A DNA stretch of 64,000 bases from a virus. Taxonomy: Duplodnaviria > Caudoviricetes. Shown here one piece after another: positions 9,235 through 18,623 of this stretch (position 1 is the stretch's first letter; every line of letters starts with the position of its first letter). The DNA lies in the IMG/VR virus record IMGVR_UViG_2808606757_000001, positions 1,416 to 65,415 of that record; one strand, given 5' to 3'. The notes under the pieces are model-generated. The model worked only from the letters and a program-made list of their open reading frames with translations. It ran no database searches and was not told the DNA's origin. The translations under genes were made by a program, and so were the position numbers.

Positions 9235-9708
9235 ATGGCTCTCACGTTCAAAGTCGCCGGTCTGATCCAGCTGCTCGACGACTGCACCACGGCGCACTAC
9301 GCCGCCGTAGACAAGTACAAGCAGGACTGCACGGCGGCCCGCGAGGCGTACACGGCCGAGTGGTGGTCGGAGAACCGCGAGAACGTCCGCGCGCTGCGCG
9401 ACTATCTCACGAAGTCCCTCAAGAACAACACGCCGCCACTGCACTCGGAGGCGCGAAAGATCCTCGGCCAGAACACCCGCTACCGCGACGAGATCAACCT
9501 GTTCATCCCGGGCGGCGACTCCAACGTGAGCAAGAACTCTGCGGCGTACTACCGGATGGACGAGATCGCCGGTCTGTCGTCGCTGCTCAAGGCACACCAG
9601 GGCGAGACCGTCACCGCGTACCAGCTCAAGGAACTGGGCACCCACCCGAAGGACCTGGAGAAGCTGTTCCGCGTCGCGGTCGAGGCGGGCGTGGCGGTCT
9701 CCAGGTGA
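9235..9708 (+). CDS. Hypothetical protein
   Basis: RBS GAAAGGAAA; strong GC3 codon bias. Confidence 0.7.
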   Translation: MALTFKVAGLIQLLDDCTTAHYAAVDKYKQDCTAAREAYTAEWWSENRENVRALRDYLTKSLKNNTPPLHSEARKILGQNTRYRDEINLFIPGGDSNVSKNSAAYYRMDEIAGLSSLLKAHQGETVTAYQLKELGTHPKDLEKLFRVAVEAGVAVSR

Positions 9709-10139
9709 CCACACCGGTACTGCCGGCGGCCGACCCCGTGGACGAGGTGCAGTTTTTCGTCCCGGGGAAGGCCGCCCCGCAGGGCAGCAAGAGGCATGTC
9801 GGCCGCGGCATCTTGGTCGAGTCGTCGAAAGAGGTTGGGCCGTGGCGTGAGCGTGTCGCGCTGGCCGCGCACGAGGCGATGGCGGGCCGTCCGGTGATCG
9901 ACGGGGCAGTGTCGGTGACGCTCGCTTTCGTTCTGCCGCGGCCGAAGTCGGCCCCCAAGACGCGCACACCGCTGGCGACGAAGCGTCCTGATCTGGACAA
10001 GTTGGAGCGGGCCTGCCTCGACGCACTGACCGACGTGGTGTTCGCCGATGACTCCCAGGTGATCAGCCTGCTCGGGTTCAAGACGATCGCTGAGATCGGA
10101 CAGGCGCCGGGTGTGACGATCCGGGTGGTGGCCAGGTGA
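9705..10139 (+). CDS. rusA: RusA Holliday junction resolvase
   Basis: VPGKAAPQGSKR; KRPDLDKLERACLDALTDVVFADDSQV. Confidence 0.92.
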   Translation: MTTPVLPAADPVDEVQFFVPGKAAPQGSKRHVGRGILVESSKEVGPWRERVALAAHEAMAGRPVIDGAVSVTLAFVLPRPKSAPKTRTPLATKRPDLDKLERACLDALTDVVFADDSQVISLLGFKTIAEIGQAPGVTIRVVAR

Positions 10140-10381
10140 TGCTCAACTGGTCTAGCCACGATCACATGGTCGGCACGCTGGTCGCGTTCGGTGCCCGCGG
10201 CGAGTACTCGATTCAGCGGGTCGGTCCGGAGTGGATTCTGCAGGGACGTGGCCACGACGGGTTGACGATGTTGGCGATCCCCATGCAGGGCAAGCCGTTC
10301 GCGACGTTGGATTCGGCGCAGACGTGGGCCAACGAGCTGGACCGGGCACGGTGCCTCGAGCCCCAGGTTTCGGGGGCGTGA
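10136..10381 (+). CDS. Hypothetical protein
   Basis: Coupled ORF. Confidence 0.6.
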   Translation: MMLNWSSHDHMVGTLVAFGARGEYSIQRVGPEWILQGRGHDGLTMLAIPMQGKPFATLDSAQTWANELDRARCLEPQVSGA

Positions 10382-10530
10382 TGGCGCTGCATCGAAAGAT
10401 CCTGTGGCTCGGCTCCGCATCCTGGGCCGTCGTCGGTGCGGCGGCCGCGGCGGACGGGACCGCATGGCTGGCGTTCCTGTGCCTGATCGCCGTCGGAGTC
10501 GGCCTCTACGCACTGGCGGTGACCCAGTGA
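10381..10530 (+). CDS. Small two-TM membrane protein
   Basis: MALHRKILWLGSASWAVV...LAFLCLIAVGVGLYALAVTQ. Confidence 0.55.
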   Translation: MALHRKILWLGSASWAVVGAAAAADGTAWLAFLCLIAVGVGLYALAVTQ

Positions 10531-10766
10531 GCATGTCCGTCGAGATCCGGGTGAACGGCGATCTGATCCGCCGCCTGGACATCACCAACGTCACCCAGCG
10601 CACATCCGGCACCAACACCTATCGCTGGGTCTACACCGCCCACGACGGCAGTCCGATCCGGACGCTGCTGTCAGCCAAGCAGGGCGAACTCGAGCACGTC
10701 ATGGAGGACGGCGCTATGGCGCTGATTTCCAAAGTGGCGCAACAAGCAGCAGAAACCGAGGAGTGA
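10527..10766 (+). CDS. Hypothetical protein
   Basis: Coupled ORF. Confidence 0.6.
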   Translation: MSMSVEIRVNGDLIRRLDITNVTQRTSGTNTYRWVYTAHDGSPIRTLLSAKQGELEHVMEDGAMALISKVAQQAAETEE

Positions 10767-10769
10767 CAC

Positions 10770-11057
10770 ATGAACGCATCAGAAGACGAAACCGAGCCGA
10801 TGGGCGAATCGCCGGCGATCGATACTCTCGACGCGATCGAACATTTCGGCGCGCTGGGGCTGTTGTCGGAGTGCGACAAGGTGCTGGCCACCAGGCAGCT
10901 CGCCGAACGGCAGACCCAGGCGCTCAACAAGGTTCGGGAGCTGCATCCGCGCAAGATCAGGCCGTTCCCGGGTGACGTGTTCGAGGCGATCTGCGTCGGC
11001 TGCGGCAACCTCTGGCCGTGCTCGACCATCCGCGCGATCGACGAGGCCGGCGCCTGA
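10770..11057 (+). CDS. Hypothetical protein with CxxC...WPC-T motif
   Basis: RBS GAGGAG; VRELH...CVGCGNLWPCSTIRAI, a common actinophage motif. Confidence 0.7.
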   Translation: MNASEDETEPMGESPAIDTLDAIEHFGALGLLSECDKVLATRQLAERQTQALNKVRELHPRKIRPFPGDVFEAICVGCGNLWPCSTIRAIDEAGA

Positions 11058-11344
11058 TGGCCGCTGAGTACGGGATCCACGAGAACGGTGACCGGGGCTA
11101 CCTCGTGCCACGCGGCAGCGAAGCCCACTACCGGTACGGGTACGAGGTGGCTGGCGCGCAACCTCGCTACCTGGGCATCAACGCCGAATACAAGAAGGCC
11201 GTCGAGAAGGCCAAGACCGCCGCCGCCGAGGTCCGCGAGGAACTGGCCAAGCTCGGCGCACCAACCGATGTGTCGTGGTGGGCGCAAAAGGTCACGTGCA
11301 CAACGATCGTCGACGGTGATGAGCCGAAGCTCGAGGCGATCTGA
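11057..11344 (+). CDS. Hypothetical protein
   Basis: TGATG coupling. Confidence 0.6.
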   Translation: MAAEYGIHENGDRGYLVPRGSEAHYRYGYEVAGAQPRYLGINAEYKKAVEKAKTAAAEVREELAKLGAPTDVSWWAQKVTCTTIVDGDEPKLEAI

Positions 11345-11628
11345 TGTCGGCGACCGTCGAGGATCGCCTGGCCGAGTACCGCGCCAACCAGCAGCGGAAG
11401 CTCGTGGCCGACCGGCAACGCATCGTCCTGTTCGCCCTCGAATCCATCGCGGGTGACGGTCTGCCCCGGGTGTCGTGGTACACCGTCGAGCACCTGATGG
11501 GGGAGGGCCTGATCGAGCCGGTCGGTGACCGGTTCCGGCTCACCGCGGAAGGCCGCATCGCGCTGCAGGCCAACCCCGCCGAAGGACCAGCGTCCGACGA
11601 ACTCGCACTGTTCGGGGCGCTGCCATGA
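11344..11628 (+). CDS. Hypothetical protein, winged-helix-like
   Basis: LMGEGLIEPVGDRFRLTAEGR. Confidence 0.6.
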   Translation: MSATVEDRLAEYRANQQRKLVADRQRIVLFALESIAGDGLPRVSWYTVEHLMGEGLIEPVGDRFRLTAEGRIALQANPAEGPASDELALFGALP

Positions 11629-11828
11629 AGGGCCGCCCGCTCACCGCTGACGACGCCGAGTCAGATGTTGAGGAGTTCGAGTTCCTGCTGTCGTCGGGCG
11701 AGACCATGGAGACCGCGGTGCGCCGGATGGGCATGAGTGCACGATCAGTCACCCGCCGGTATGAGCTGTTGGGACGGAAGTGCCCCGCCGGCCTGTACTA
11801 CTTGGCAACCAAGGCGATGGCGTCATGA
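11625..11828 (+). CDS. Small HTH protein
   Basis: GETMETAVRRMGMSARSVTRR. Confidence 0.6.
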   Translation: MKGRPLTADDAESDVEEFEFLLSSGETMETAVRRMGMSARSVTRRYELLGRKCPAGLYYLATKAMAS

Positions 11829-12412
11829 CTGCGCTCACTGAGGACCAGGCCCGCCTGCTGTGGATCCATGCCGGTGCGTGGATGTTGGCCGCCACCATCG
11901 TCAACCCGGACTACGGGATCACCAGTCTCAAGGCCCGCGCAGGTGGCAAGGCGTGGCCGGACGGTTCGCACCCAGAGTTGCCGTACCACCACACCCACAC
12001 CGAGGTCAGCCGGATCATTGGTTACGACGCGGCCAGTGGTCCACGGCTACAGCCCGCGCCCGCGGTCGTAGCGGTGAGCTTCACCGAGATCCGCCGCTGG
12101 GTCGGACAGGTGCCCGAGCCGGTCAAGACGGAGCTGCGGTTGCAGTTCGGCGCGATGGCCGACGAACGGAACCGAGCCGAGAAGTGGTGCCGCTGCCCCT
12201 ATGCCGTCGAGGCGCCGAACGCTCATTCGGAGCCGTGCAAGCGGTACCACCCCACCGAGGCTGAGGAACGGCAACGGCGTGACGTTATGGCGGGCCTCGA
12301 CGCTCGGCAGGCCGACTGGGCGATGAAGGCGTTGGGCCTCACCGAATCTGATGACGCCGAGCCAGTAGTCCATCCGGACGGACAGCTCGAACTGTTCGGC
12401 GTCGCCTCGTGA
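11825..12412 (+). CDS. Hypothetical protein with C-terminal QLELF motif
   Basis: ATGA coupling. Confidence 0.65.
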   Translation: MTALTEDQARLLWIHAGAWMLAATIVNPDYGITSLKARAGGKAWPDGSHPELPYHHTHTEVSRIIGYDAASGPRLQPAPAVVAVSFTEIRRWVGQVPEPVKTELRLQFGAMADERNRAEKWCRCPYAVEAPNAHSEPCKRYHPTEAEERQRRDVMAGLDARQADWAMKALGLTESDDAEPVVHPDGQLELFGVAS

Positions 12413-12600
12413 TCGCCACAACGCTGTCGTTCACCGAACGGTACGACGAGATGCACGCCATCGGCCTGCCGGACTGGCAGATCGCGAAACGCATGGGCAT
12501 CACCCTCAGCTCGCTTGAGCGTGAACTGGCCCGATACGACCGGCCCGTCTCGGATCTGCTGCGGGACATGGCCCGAGAAGAACGGAACCACGATGAGTGA
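12409..12600 (+). CDS. Small HTH protein
   Basis: GLPDWQIAKRMGITLSSLERELARY. Confidence 0.65.
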   Translation: MIATTLSFTERYDEMHAIGLPDWQIAKRMGITLSSLERELARYDRPVSDLLRDMAREERNHDE

Positions 12601-12895
12601 ACTGACCATTTCCGAGCGGGCTGACGCCCTCGCGGACAGGCTCAAGGCTGGTGCCGCGGCGTCGTTCCGCACGCCGGCGCGGATGTCGGCGAGCTTCTCT
12701 CCGGTGATCGAGCTGGCCCGGCTGCTGGCCGAGCATGCCCGGGCCGGTGAGCAGCGGGACGCCGCGGTCCTCGCGAAGCATCAGGGCCCCTATTTCAACG
12801 GGGTCGACATGCGCTGCGGCTGCCAACAGATCGTGGCCGACGGTGAGGACTGGGCCCGCCACGTCGCGAAGGTGCGGGCCGGTGCTGACCGCTGA
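12593..12895 (+). CDS. Hypothetical protein
   Basis: Overlapping start; CGC...WARHVA. Confidence 0.55.
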   Translation: MSELTISERADALADRLKAGAAASFRTPARMSASFSPVIELARLLAEHARAGEQRDAAVLAKHQGPYFNGVDMRCGCQQIVADGEDWARHVAKVRAGADR

Positions 12896-12952
12896 ATCGC
12901 TGTGCTGGTTCCGATCCCGGCGCCGCATCTACGGATCAATTTGGAGGAAACG

Positions 12953-13249
12953 ATGAGCACCACTGTGGACGCGGCAGACGTGCTGTCGCAGCACCGGCTG
13001 GTCGTTGTCCAGTCGGGCGACATCAGCCGCTACGCCTGTAGCTGCAACGACTCTGGTCCGTGCCGCATGGGGGTGACGACCAACCACCTCGTGCACTCCG
13101 GCCACCAGCTCGACGCGCTCAGGGCCGCCGGGTATGCGGTGGTGCGGTCGGATGACATCCTGACGGCAATCTCACCGAAACCGATGACGGGTGAACGGTA
13201 CCGAGAGATCACCGCCGCGCAGGACCGCCTCGCTGCGGAGGCATCCTGA
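12953..13249 (+). CDS. Hypothetical protein
   Basis: RBS GGAGGAA. Confidence 0.6.
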   Translation: MSTTVDAADVLSQHRLVVVQSGDISRYACSCNDSGPCRMGVTTNHLVHSGHQLDALRAAGYAVVRSDDILTAISPKPMTGERYREITAAQDRLAAEAS

Positions 13250-13875
13250 TGAGGGCGATCACTGTTCGGCAGCCGTGGGCGTGGCAGATCATCAACCAGG
13301 GCAAGAACATCGAGAACCGGACCCGCAACATCGCGGGCAAGTACCGCGGCCCGGTCGCGATCCACGCCGGCCTGCAGCCCGACAAAGAGGCGTTGCGCCG
13401 GTTGCCAAAGCGCGCGCCCGAATGGGTCACCGCGCCCCGGGTATTCGACTACGGCGTCATCCTCGGCGTCGTCGACCTGGTCGACGTGCACGAGGCCCAC
13501 ACCCACCTGACGCGGAGGGACGGCCCGATGCTGGTTGGTCCGGCCGAGCACTGCTGCACGAGCGGATGGGCCGAGCCAGGCAGTTGGCACCTCGTGCTGG
13601 CCAACCCGCGGCCCGTCTCGGCGAATCCCGTCGCCGACCCGGGCATCCCCTGCCGCGGCGCACTCGGACTGTGGACCCCACCCCCTGACATCGTGGCCAG
13701 ACTGGACGCACTGACAGCCCCGGTTGTCGAGCCATGCCCGGAGTGGCAACTGGTGCACGACTCACCCGTCAGTCCGGCCTCGGAGCCGAAGCAGTGCGCA
13801 GGCTGCGGGGACCTGCACAACGAGCCCAGCGACCGCTACTGCTCGAACTGCTACTGGGGCAAGCCCGATGACTGA
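13249..13875 (+). CDS. ASCH domain protein
   Basis: MRAITVRQPWAWQII..GKNIENRT...YRGPVAIHAG...CRGALGLW. Confidence 0.9.
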   Translation: MRAITVRQPWAWQIINQGKNIENRTRNIAGKYRGPVAIHAGLQPDKEALRRLPKRAPEWVTAPRVFDYGVILGVVDLVDVHEAHTHLTRRDGPMLVGPAEHCCTSGWAEPGSWHLVLANPRPVSANPVADPGIPCRGALGLWTPPPDIVARLDALTAPVVEPCPEWQLVHDSPVSPASEPKQCAGCGDLHNEPSDRYCSNCYWGKPDD

Positions 13876-14191
13876 ACCGTGCATCTGCTGGATCACCAGC
13901 CCGGTCGTTCTCCACGCCGGACATTGCTGCTTCGGGGACGACCCCACGCCGCTCGACGAGATCGTGCCCGGCACACCGCCACCGTGCGGGCACTGGGTCG
14001 GCGAGAAGCCGGCTGAGCCGGTCAGCCACGACGACGAACGCTGCGCGCTCTGCGGATGTCTCGGCATCCAGCACGACAACCCCGAGCGGGGCGGGCCGTG
14101 CACCACACCAGACGGACACGGTGGCCATTGCGACTGCCCCGGATTCGAACTACCACCCGACGACGACGAGGAGACCAACCCCTATGAGTGA
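13868..14191 (+). CDS. Cys/His-rich hypothetical protein
   Basis: About 10 Cys in 107 aa. Confidence 0.55.
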   Translation: MTEPCICWITSPVVLHAGHCCFGDDPTPLDEIVPGTPPPCGHWVGEKPAEPVSHDDERCALCGCLGIQHDNPERGGPCTTPDGHGGHCDCPGFELPPDDDEETNPYE

Positions 14192-14480
14192 CACCGCCAG
14201 GACCGTTCCTATCGGGATGGTCAACATGCGCCCGAGCGCAGCCTGCCAGGCCGCCGCCGACCACTTCGCGGCGAAAGCGCACGCGTGTGAGGAATCCGCA
14301 CGCCTGGCCCGAGAGCAGGCCGAGCAGCAGGAGCGTGAAGCCGCGCTCTACCGGGATTCCGAACAGCAGTGGCGTGACAGCAAATCCGCGATCCTCCGGC
14401 TGTTCGGCGAGGAGACCGATTCGTGCGGCAAGGGACCCTGCTGCCTCAACGACGGCCACGAGGGTCGGTGCGAGCTATGA
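14184..14480 (+). CDS. Hypothetical protein
   Basis: RBS GAGGAG; coiled coil plus C-terminal CCLNDGHEGRC. Confidence 0.6.
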   Translation: MSDTARTVPIGMVNMRPSAACQAAADHFAAKAHACEESARLAREQAEQQEREAALYRDSEQQWRDSKSAILRLFGEETDSCGKGPCCLNDGHEGRCEL

Positions 14481-14998
14481 GTGAGCACCAGGGCCGCACG
14501 CTGCCCCCGTTCCCGGTCGACGACTTCACGCTGACCCAACTCGAGCACGCGTTGAACACCAGCATGGAGGTCACTCCGGAGGGCGAGCACCGCTGCGTCG
14601 GCGGCGAATTCACCCTGCCGCGGCTACTCGCTTTCCTGTCCGGCCACGACCCCGAGCGCGCCACACTCATCGGCTACACCGACACCATCCCCGGCACCGA
14701 CATCCCCATGGATCACGCCGTGCCGATCTACGAATCGTGGGACCAGCACTACTCCGAACACGACGTGATCCGCGCACTCATCGCCCGCGTGCGGGAACTG
14801 CAGCCGCGCACCGTCGAGACCGTCGAGCAGCTCGAAGCGCTGCCGATGGGGTCGGTCATCCGCGGCAAGACGAGCTCGTATGAGCGATTCGCAGACGGGC
14901 ACTGGTGGAGACCAGCTGCGCACCTTCCGGTCTCTCTATCCGCACTACACGTGCTCGTCCCCGCCACCGTGCTCTACACCCCGGAGGTCGACCAGTGA
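14477..14998 (+). CDS. Hypothetical protein
   Basis: RTVETVEQLEALPMGSVIR...PATVLYTP, a recurrent actinophage C-terminal domain. Confidence 0.7.
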   Translation: MSEHQGRTLPPFPVDDFTLTQLEHALNTSMEVTPEGEHRCVGGEFTLPRLLAFLSGHDPERATLIGYTDTIPGTDIPMDHAVPIYESWDQHYSEHDVIRALIARVRELQPRTVETVEQLEALPMGSVIRGKTSSYERFADGHWWRPAAHLPVSLSALHVLVPATVLYTPEVDQ

Positions 14999-15098
14999 TC
15001 TGCATGCCTGCCCAGATACTCGGGTTCCTCACCGTGATGGTCCCCGTGGTGTTCACCGCCATCGGGTTCGCGATCGGCCAGCACTGGGAGAACAGGCG

Positions 15099-15557
15099 AT
15101 GAGCGCGCGCAAGTACGTCTACCGCCTCGTCGTCGACCACTGGCCCACCGACGACGGACGTCCGTTCGCCGAGCAGCCGCAAGAGTTCTGGGAGCGCATC
15201 ACCGAGTGCGTGGACCGACCGAATCACCAGGGCCACAGCGAATGCGAATGCCCCGAGTGGCTCCCGTCCGACGACGACCTGGCCCCGTACCTGGTCAAGC
15301 CATCCGGATTCGACTACCACGAGTACCTCGACCCGCCGAAGTTCTGCAAGACCATCGCTGACCCAGGCGAACCCGGCGACTACGCGACCGGATACCCCGG
15401 CACCCCCGGGTACCTGATCATCGCGGTACCCGCCGCGACGCCCCGACGCCGATTCCAACGAGCAGGGCTCGTCGCGGCGGCCGAGCAGCTCCGCGCCTGG
15501 GGCTGCACCGCCCACGTCGAACGCGCCGAAGTCGGGGCATGGGAGGCAATCCCGTGA
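15099..15557 (+). CDS. Hypothetical protein
   Basis: Coupled ORF with GC3 bias. Confidence 0.65.
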   Translation: MSARKYVYRLVVDHWPTDDGRPFAEQPQEFWERITECVDRPNHQGHSECECPEWLPSDDDLAPYLVKPSGFDYHEYLDPPKFCKTIADPGEPGDYATGYPGTPGYLIIAVPAATPRRRFQRAGLVAAAEQLRAWGCTAHVERAEVGAWEAIP

Positions 15558-15841
15558 CGAACCCCGACGCGCCCGAATCGAAGGCGCTGGCCGCGACACA
15601 CGCGATCACCGACCAGGCCATCCAACTGTGGTGGGCCGCCCACTTCGACGGTGTCCGCAACGGCATGGAGGCCGCCGCTCAGGTAGCCCAGTCGGCGATC
15701 GACGGACTGAAAGACAACTACGCCGTCGCACCCGAGATCCGATACGCCGGCGTCGAAGTGCTGCAGTGGGTCCGCGACTGGATCCGCCTAGCCGCCCTAC
15801 AGGCGCAGGCACCCGAACCGCCGCCAAGGACCGGCCGATGA
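15554..15841 (+). CDS. Hypothetical protein
   Basis: RBS GGGAGG, GTGA overlap. Confidence 0.6.
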   Translation: MTNPDAPESKALAATHAITDQAIQLWWAAHFDGVRNGMEAAAQVAQSAIDGLKDNYAVAPEIRYAGVEVLQWVRDWIRLAALQAQAPEPPPRTGR

Positions 15842-16089
15842 CCCCGTGCCCAACACCCGACAAGCGGGTCTACCGGTCAAAAGCCAAGGCCAACAAGTTC
15901 CAACGCCGCACCCGCCCACCACTCGGGGAGAAGAAAGACCGCCTCTACCCCTACCAATGCGTGTGCGGAGCCTGGCACCTCACCCACCAGTCGCCCGCCA
16001 CGCAGGCCCAGGTGAAAGCCCGCATCGCCGCCAACACCGCCGCCCTCGCCCAAGCCCGCGCCGAACAACAGGAACGCGAAGCCTCATGA
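15838..16089 (+). CDS. Small Zn-binding protein
   Basis: CPTPDKRVY...YQCVCGAWHLT. Confidence 0.7.
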   Translation: MTPCPTPDKRVYRSKAKANKFQRRTRPPLGEKKDRLYPYQCVCGAWHLTHQSPATQAQVKARIAANTAALAQARAEQQEREAS

Positions 16090-16373
16090 CCCACCAGACC
16101 GAACCCGAGCAGCCATGGCAGATGCGCGCCGCCTGCCGCGGCGAAGACCCGGAGACGTTTTTCCCGACCGAGGCCGACGCGGCCAAACGCGAGCGCGCCC
16201 AGGCCATCTGCGCCCGCTGCCCCGTCACCATCCCCTGCATGGCCGAAGCCAACGCCCGCCGCGAACGACACGGCGTCTGGGCCGGATTCGAACGAAACGA
16301 AAAAGGCCGCCCAGCATTCCCCGCCGGCCGGATGCCCCGCGGCGGATACCGAATCGGAAGGAACAACCCATGA
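16086..16373 (+). CDS. whiB: WhiB-family transcription factor
   Basis: WQMRAAC...FFP...AICARCPVTIPC...HGVWAG (four Cys plus G[V/I]W[G/A]G turn). Confidence 0.93.
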   Translation: MTHQTEPEQPWQMRAACRGEDPETFFPTEADAAKRERAQAICARCPVTIPCMAEANARRERHGVWAGFERNEKGRPAFPAGRMPRGGYRIGRNNP

Positions 16374-16549
16374 CCGACATCGTCGAACGCGCCAAAGCGG
16401 TCCTGGATGGCCAGGCAACACCATCCGCGAGCCTCTGCGCCGAGCTGGTCGCCGAGATCGAGCGGGTACGGGCAGCACTCAAAGCGGAATGCCAGGCTGC
16501 CGACAACGCTGAGCGCCAGGCGCGTGACTACGAGCGCGACGCCCGATGA
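16370..16549 (+). CDS. Hypothetical protein
   Basis: MTDIVERAKAVL...ELVAEIERVR. Confidence 0.65.
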   Translation: MTDIVERAKAVLDGQATPSASLCAELVAEIERVRAALKAECQAADNAERQARDYERDAR

Positions 16550-16740
16550 CCGACCCGAAGATCCGGTTGCTGTTCACCCGCGCCCAACTCATCGGCATGG
16601 GCCGCTGCCCCGACTGCGGCTGGCACCCCAAAACCCAAGGGCACCACCCCGAATGCCCCACCTGGGACGAACCTGCACCCAGCAACCCTACCGTGCAGCA
16701 GCAGTCAACAGCAGTCACGAGGACTCAGGAGAAGTTGTGA
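16546..16740 (+). CDS. Small Cys-rich protein
   Basis: RCPDCGWHPKTQGHHPEC. Confidence 0.65.
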   Translation: MTDPKIRLLFTRAQLIGMGRCPDCGWHPKTQGHHPECPTWDEPAPSNPTVQQQSTAVTRTQEKL

Positions 16741-16925
16741 CGCAACCACGTTGGGCCACCGAGCTGGGCGCCGCCGAACACGCAAAAGTCAGCGCCAGCA
16801 CCCTCCGACGCTGGCGCGCACAAGGACTCATCACCGGGCACAAGATCGGCCGCACCGTCCGCTACGACCTCAACGAGATCGACGCCGTTCTGGTCGCTCC
16901 AGCAGCCGATTCGGCGGTGGAGTAG
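16737..16925 (+). CDS. MerR/Xis-like HTH DNA-binding protein
   Basis: AAEHAKVSASTLRRWRAQGLITGHKIGRTVRYDLNEID. Confidence 0.8.
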   Translation: MTQPRWATELGAAEHAKVSASTLRRWRAQGLITGHKIGRTVRYDLNEIDAVLVAPAADSAVE

Positions 16926-17863
16926 TGCCACATTTCCGCGTCGATGACGCACTCCACGGTCACCCCAAGGCCCAGCGCGCCGGCGACGACGCGATCGGCA
17001 TGTGGGTGCGCGCCGGATCGTTCTGCATGGCCTACCTCACCGACGGATTCGTGCCGGATTGGTGGGTGAAACAGCAGCCAAAAGGCACCGCAAAAGCACG
17101 AAAACTGATCGCTGCGGGGCTCTGGCACGGTGGCGCAGAGCGTGACGGCGAGAAGGGTTACCAGTTCCACGAATTCGTCGGTCCCGGCCGCCAGGACTCC
17201 CGTGCCCAGATCGAGGCTGACCGGGAGAAATGGCGCAAGAAGAAAGCCGCCCAACGCGCAATGTCCCCCGGGGACACCAAGGGGGACAGGCAACGTATGT
17301 CCCCCGGGGACACTCAAGGGGAGTCCCCCGAGGAGTCCCGGGTATTACCCAACACCAACCCAACTAAAGAGATCTCTACTCACCTAAGAGACGACTCTCA
17401 CGTAAGCAACGCGCACGACGACATCCCGCTACCGCCCGAACCGGACGACGACTACGGGCCCGTACCCCAGCACGTCGACAACCCGGCCAAGCCCGCACCG
17501 CGCCAACCCAGCCAGGCCGCCAAGACCGTCGTCCGCCAAACCCTCGGCACCACCGGACTCGCCGCCTACCCCCGCACATTCGTCGACCGCCTCGCCCGCC
17601 AAGTCGAAAACCTCACCCGCGAAGGCCACCCCGACACTCTCATCCGCCAAGCACTCACCGAATGGGACAAACGCGCCGACGCCCGCCCCGAATGGCTCCC
17701 CACCGTCCTGGGCGACCTCGTCAAGAACCAACGCGCCACCCCCGGCAACAACGGCAAACCCACCCACAAGATGCGCGGCCTCGCCGAACTCGCCCAGCAA
17801 GTCCGCGCCCAAGAGCAAGCCAACCCCGAACTCATCCCCACCAGCCGAAGGGAACTCACGTGA
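16925..17863 (+). CDS. Replication initiator (lambda O-like organisation)
   Basis: N-terminal FRVDDALHGHPK..AGDDAIGMW...LTDGFVP domain; internal iteron array; followed by a loader-like gene. Confidence 0.75.
   Translation: MPHFRVDDALHGHPKAQRAGDDAIGMWVRAGSFCMAYLTDGFVPDWWVKQQPKGTAKARKLIAAGLWHGGAERDGEKGYQFHEFVGPGRQDSRAQIEADREKWRKKKAAQRAMSPGDTKGDRQRMSPGDTQGESPEESRVLPNTNPTKEISTHLRDDSHVSNAHDDIPLPPEPDDDYGPVPQHVDNPAKPAPRQPSQAAKTVVRQTLGTTGLAAYPRTFVDRLARQVENLTREGHPDTLIRQALTEWDKRADARPEWLPTVLGDLVKNQRATPGNNGKPTHKMRGLAELAQQVRAQEQANPELIPTSRRELT
17261..17342. repeat. Iteron array / putative replication origin
   Basis: ATGTCCCCCGGGGACAC at 17261 and 17297 (palindromic TGTCCCC-C-GGGGACA); half-sites at 17281 and 17321-17342; lower-GC tract follows. 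Confidence 0.75.
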
Positions 17864-18231
17864 CAACCACCGCCGACGCACTCGAAGTCATGACCCTCGT
17901 CGCCGCCTGCCACCACCGCACCGCACCCCGCATGGACGACGAACAAGTCACCATCGCCACCGCCACCATCTGGGCCGAACTCTTCAGCCAATACCAACTC
18001 GAACTGCCCGACCTGCTCGCCGGCGTCAAACGACGCGCACTCGGCCACGCCGAAGCCCCTGAACCCGCCGAGATCATCGCCGCCGCACGCGAACACCGAG
18101 CCCAACGCTGCCAATCCGAATCCCGAGCCGAACGCGAAGCCCGCGAAGACCGTCACGACGCAGCCCTCGAAGCACGCAACCGGTCCAAACTCGCCGCCAT
18201 CACAAGCGGATTCGGAAAGGCCATCGAGTGA
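17860..18231 (+). CDS. Putative helicase loader/inhibitor
   Basis: Directly after Rep; W-ELF and PEPAEIIAAAR pattern typical of this slot. Confidence 0.55.
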   Translation: MTTTADALEVMTLVAACHHRTAPRMDDEQVTIATATIWAELFSQYQLELPDLLAGVKRRALGHAEAPEPAEIIAAAREHRAQRCQSESRAEREAREDRHDAALEARNRSKLAAITSGFGKAIE

Positions 18232-18500
18232 TGCGCGACCCCCACGACCCCTACGCCGACGAACGCCAAGCCGACGGCCCCACCCCAGCCCAACTCTGGG
18301 AAGCCCAACAAGCCCGCGAAGCCCGAGCCAACCGCGCCCAAGCCATCCACGACTGCACCCTCTGCGACCCAGACGGCTACCGAGGAACCACCGTCTGCGA
18401 CCACACCGACCACACCCAAGCGGCACGCCAAGGAATGGCCGCCATACGCGCCAAAATGGGCTGGCCCGCCACTGGGACACCAGAACAGCCCCGTTCGTAG
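18228..18500 (+). CDS. Hypothetical protein with CxxC-D..GY...CDH motif
   Basis: AIHDCTLCDPDGYRGTTVCDH. Confidence 0.7.
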   Translation: MMRDPHDPYADERQADGPTPAQLWEAQQAREARANRAQAIHDCTLCDPDGYRGTTVCDHTDHTQAARQGMAAIRAKMGWPATGTPEQPRS

Positions 18501-18623
18501 ATCTCCGTGGACGCTGGGCGGCAAAAAACACGCCCGTAATTCACCCAGACAGCCCCAAAAACCACCCAACGGGCCAACCCAATCGAAACCAGACCCGCAC
18601 CCCCCAACCAGAAAATCACCCAC

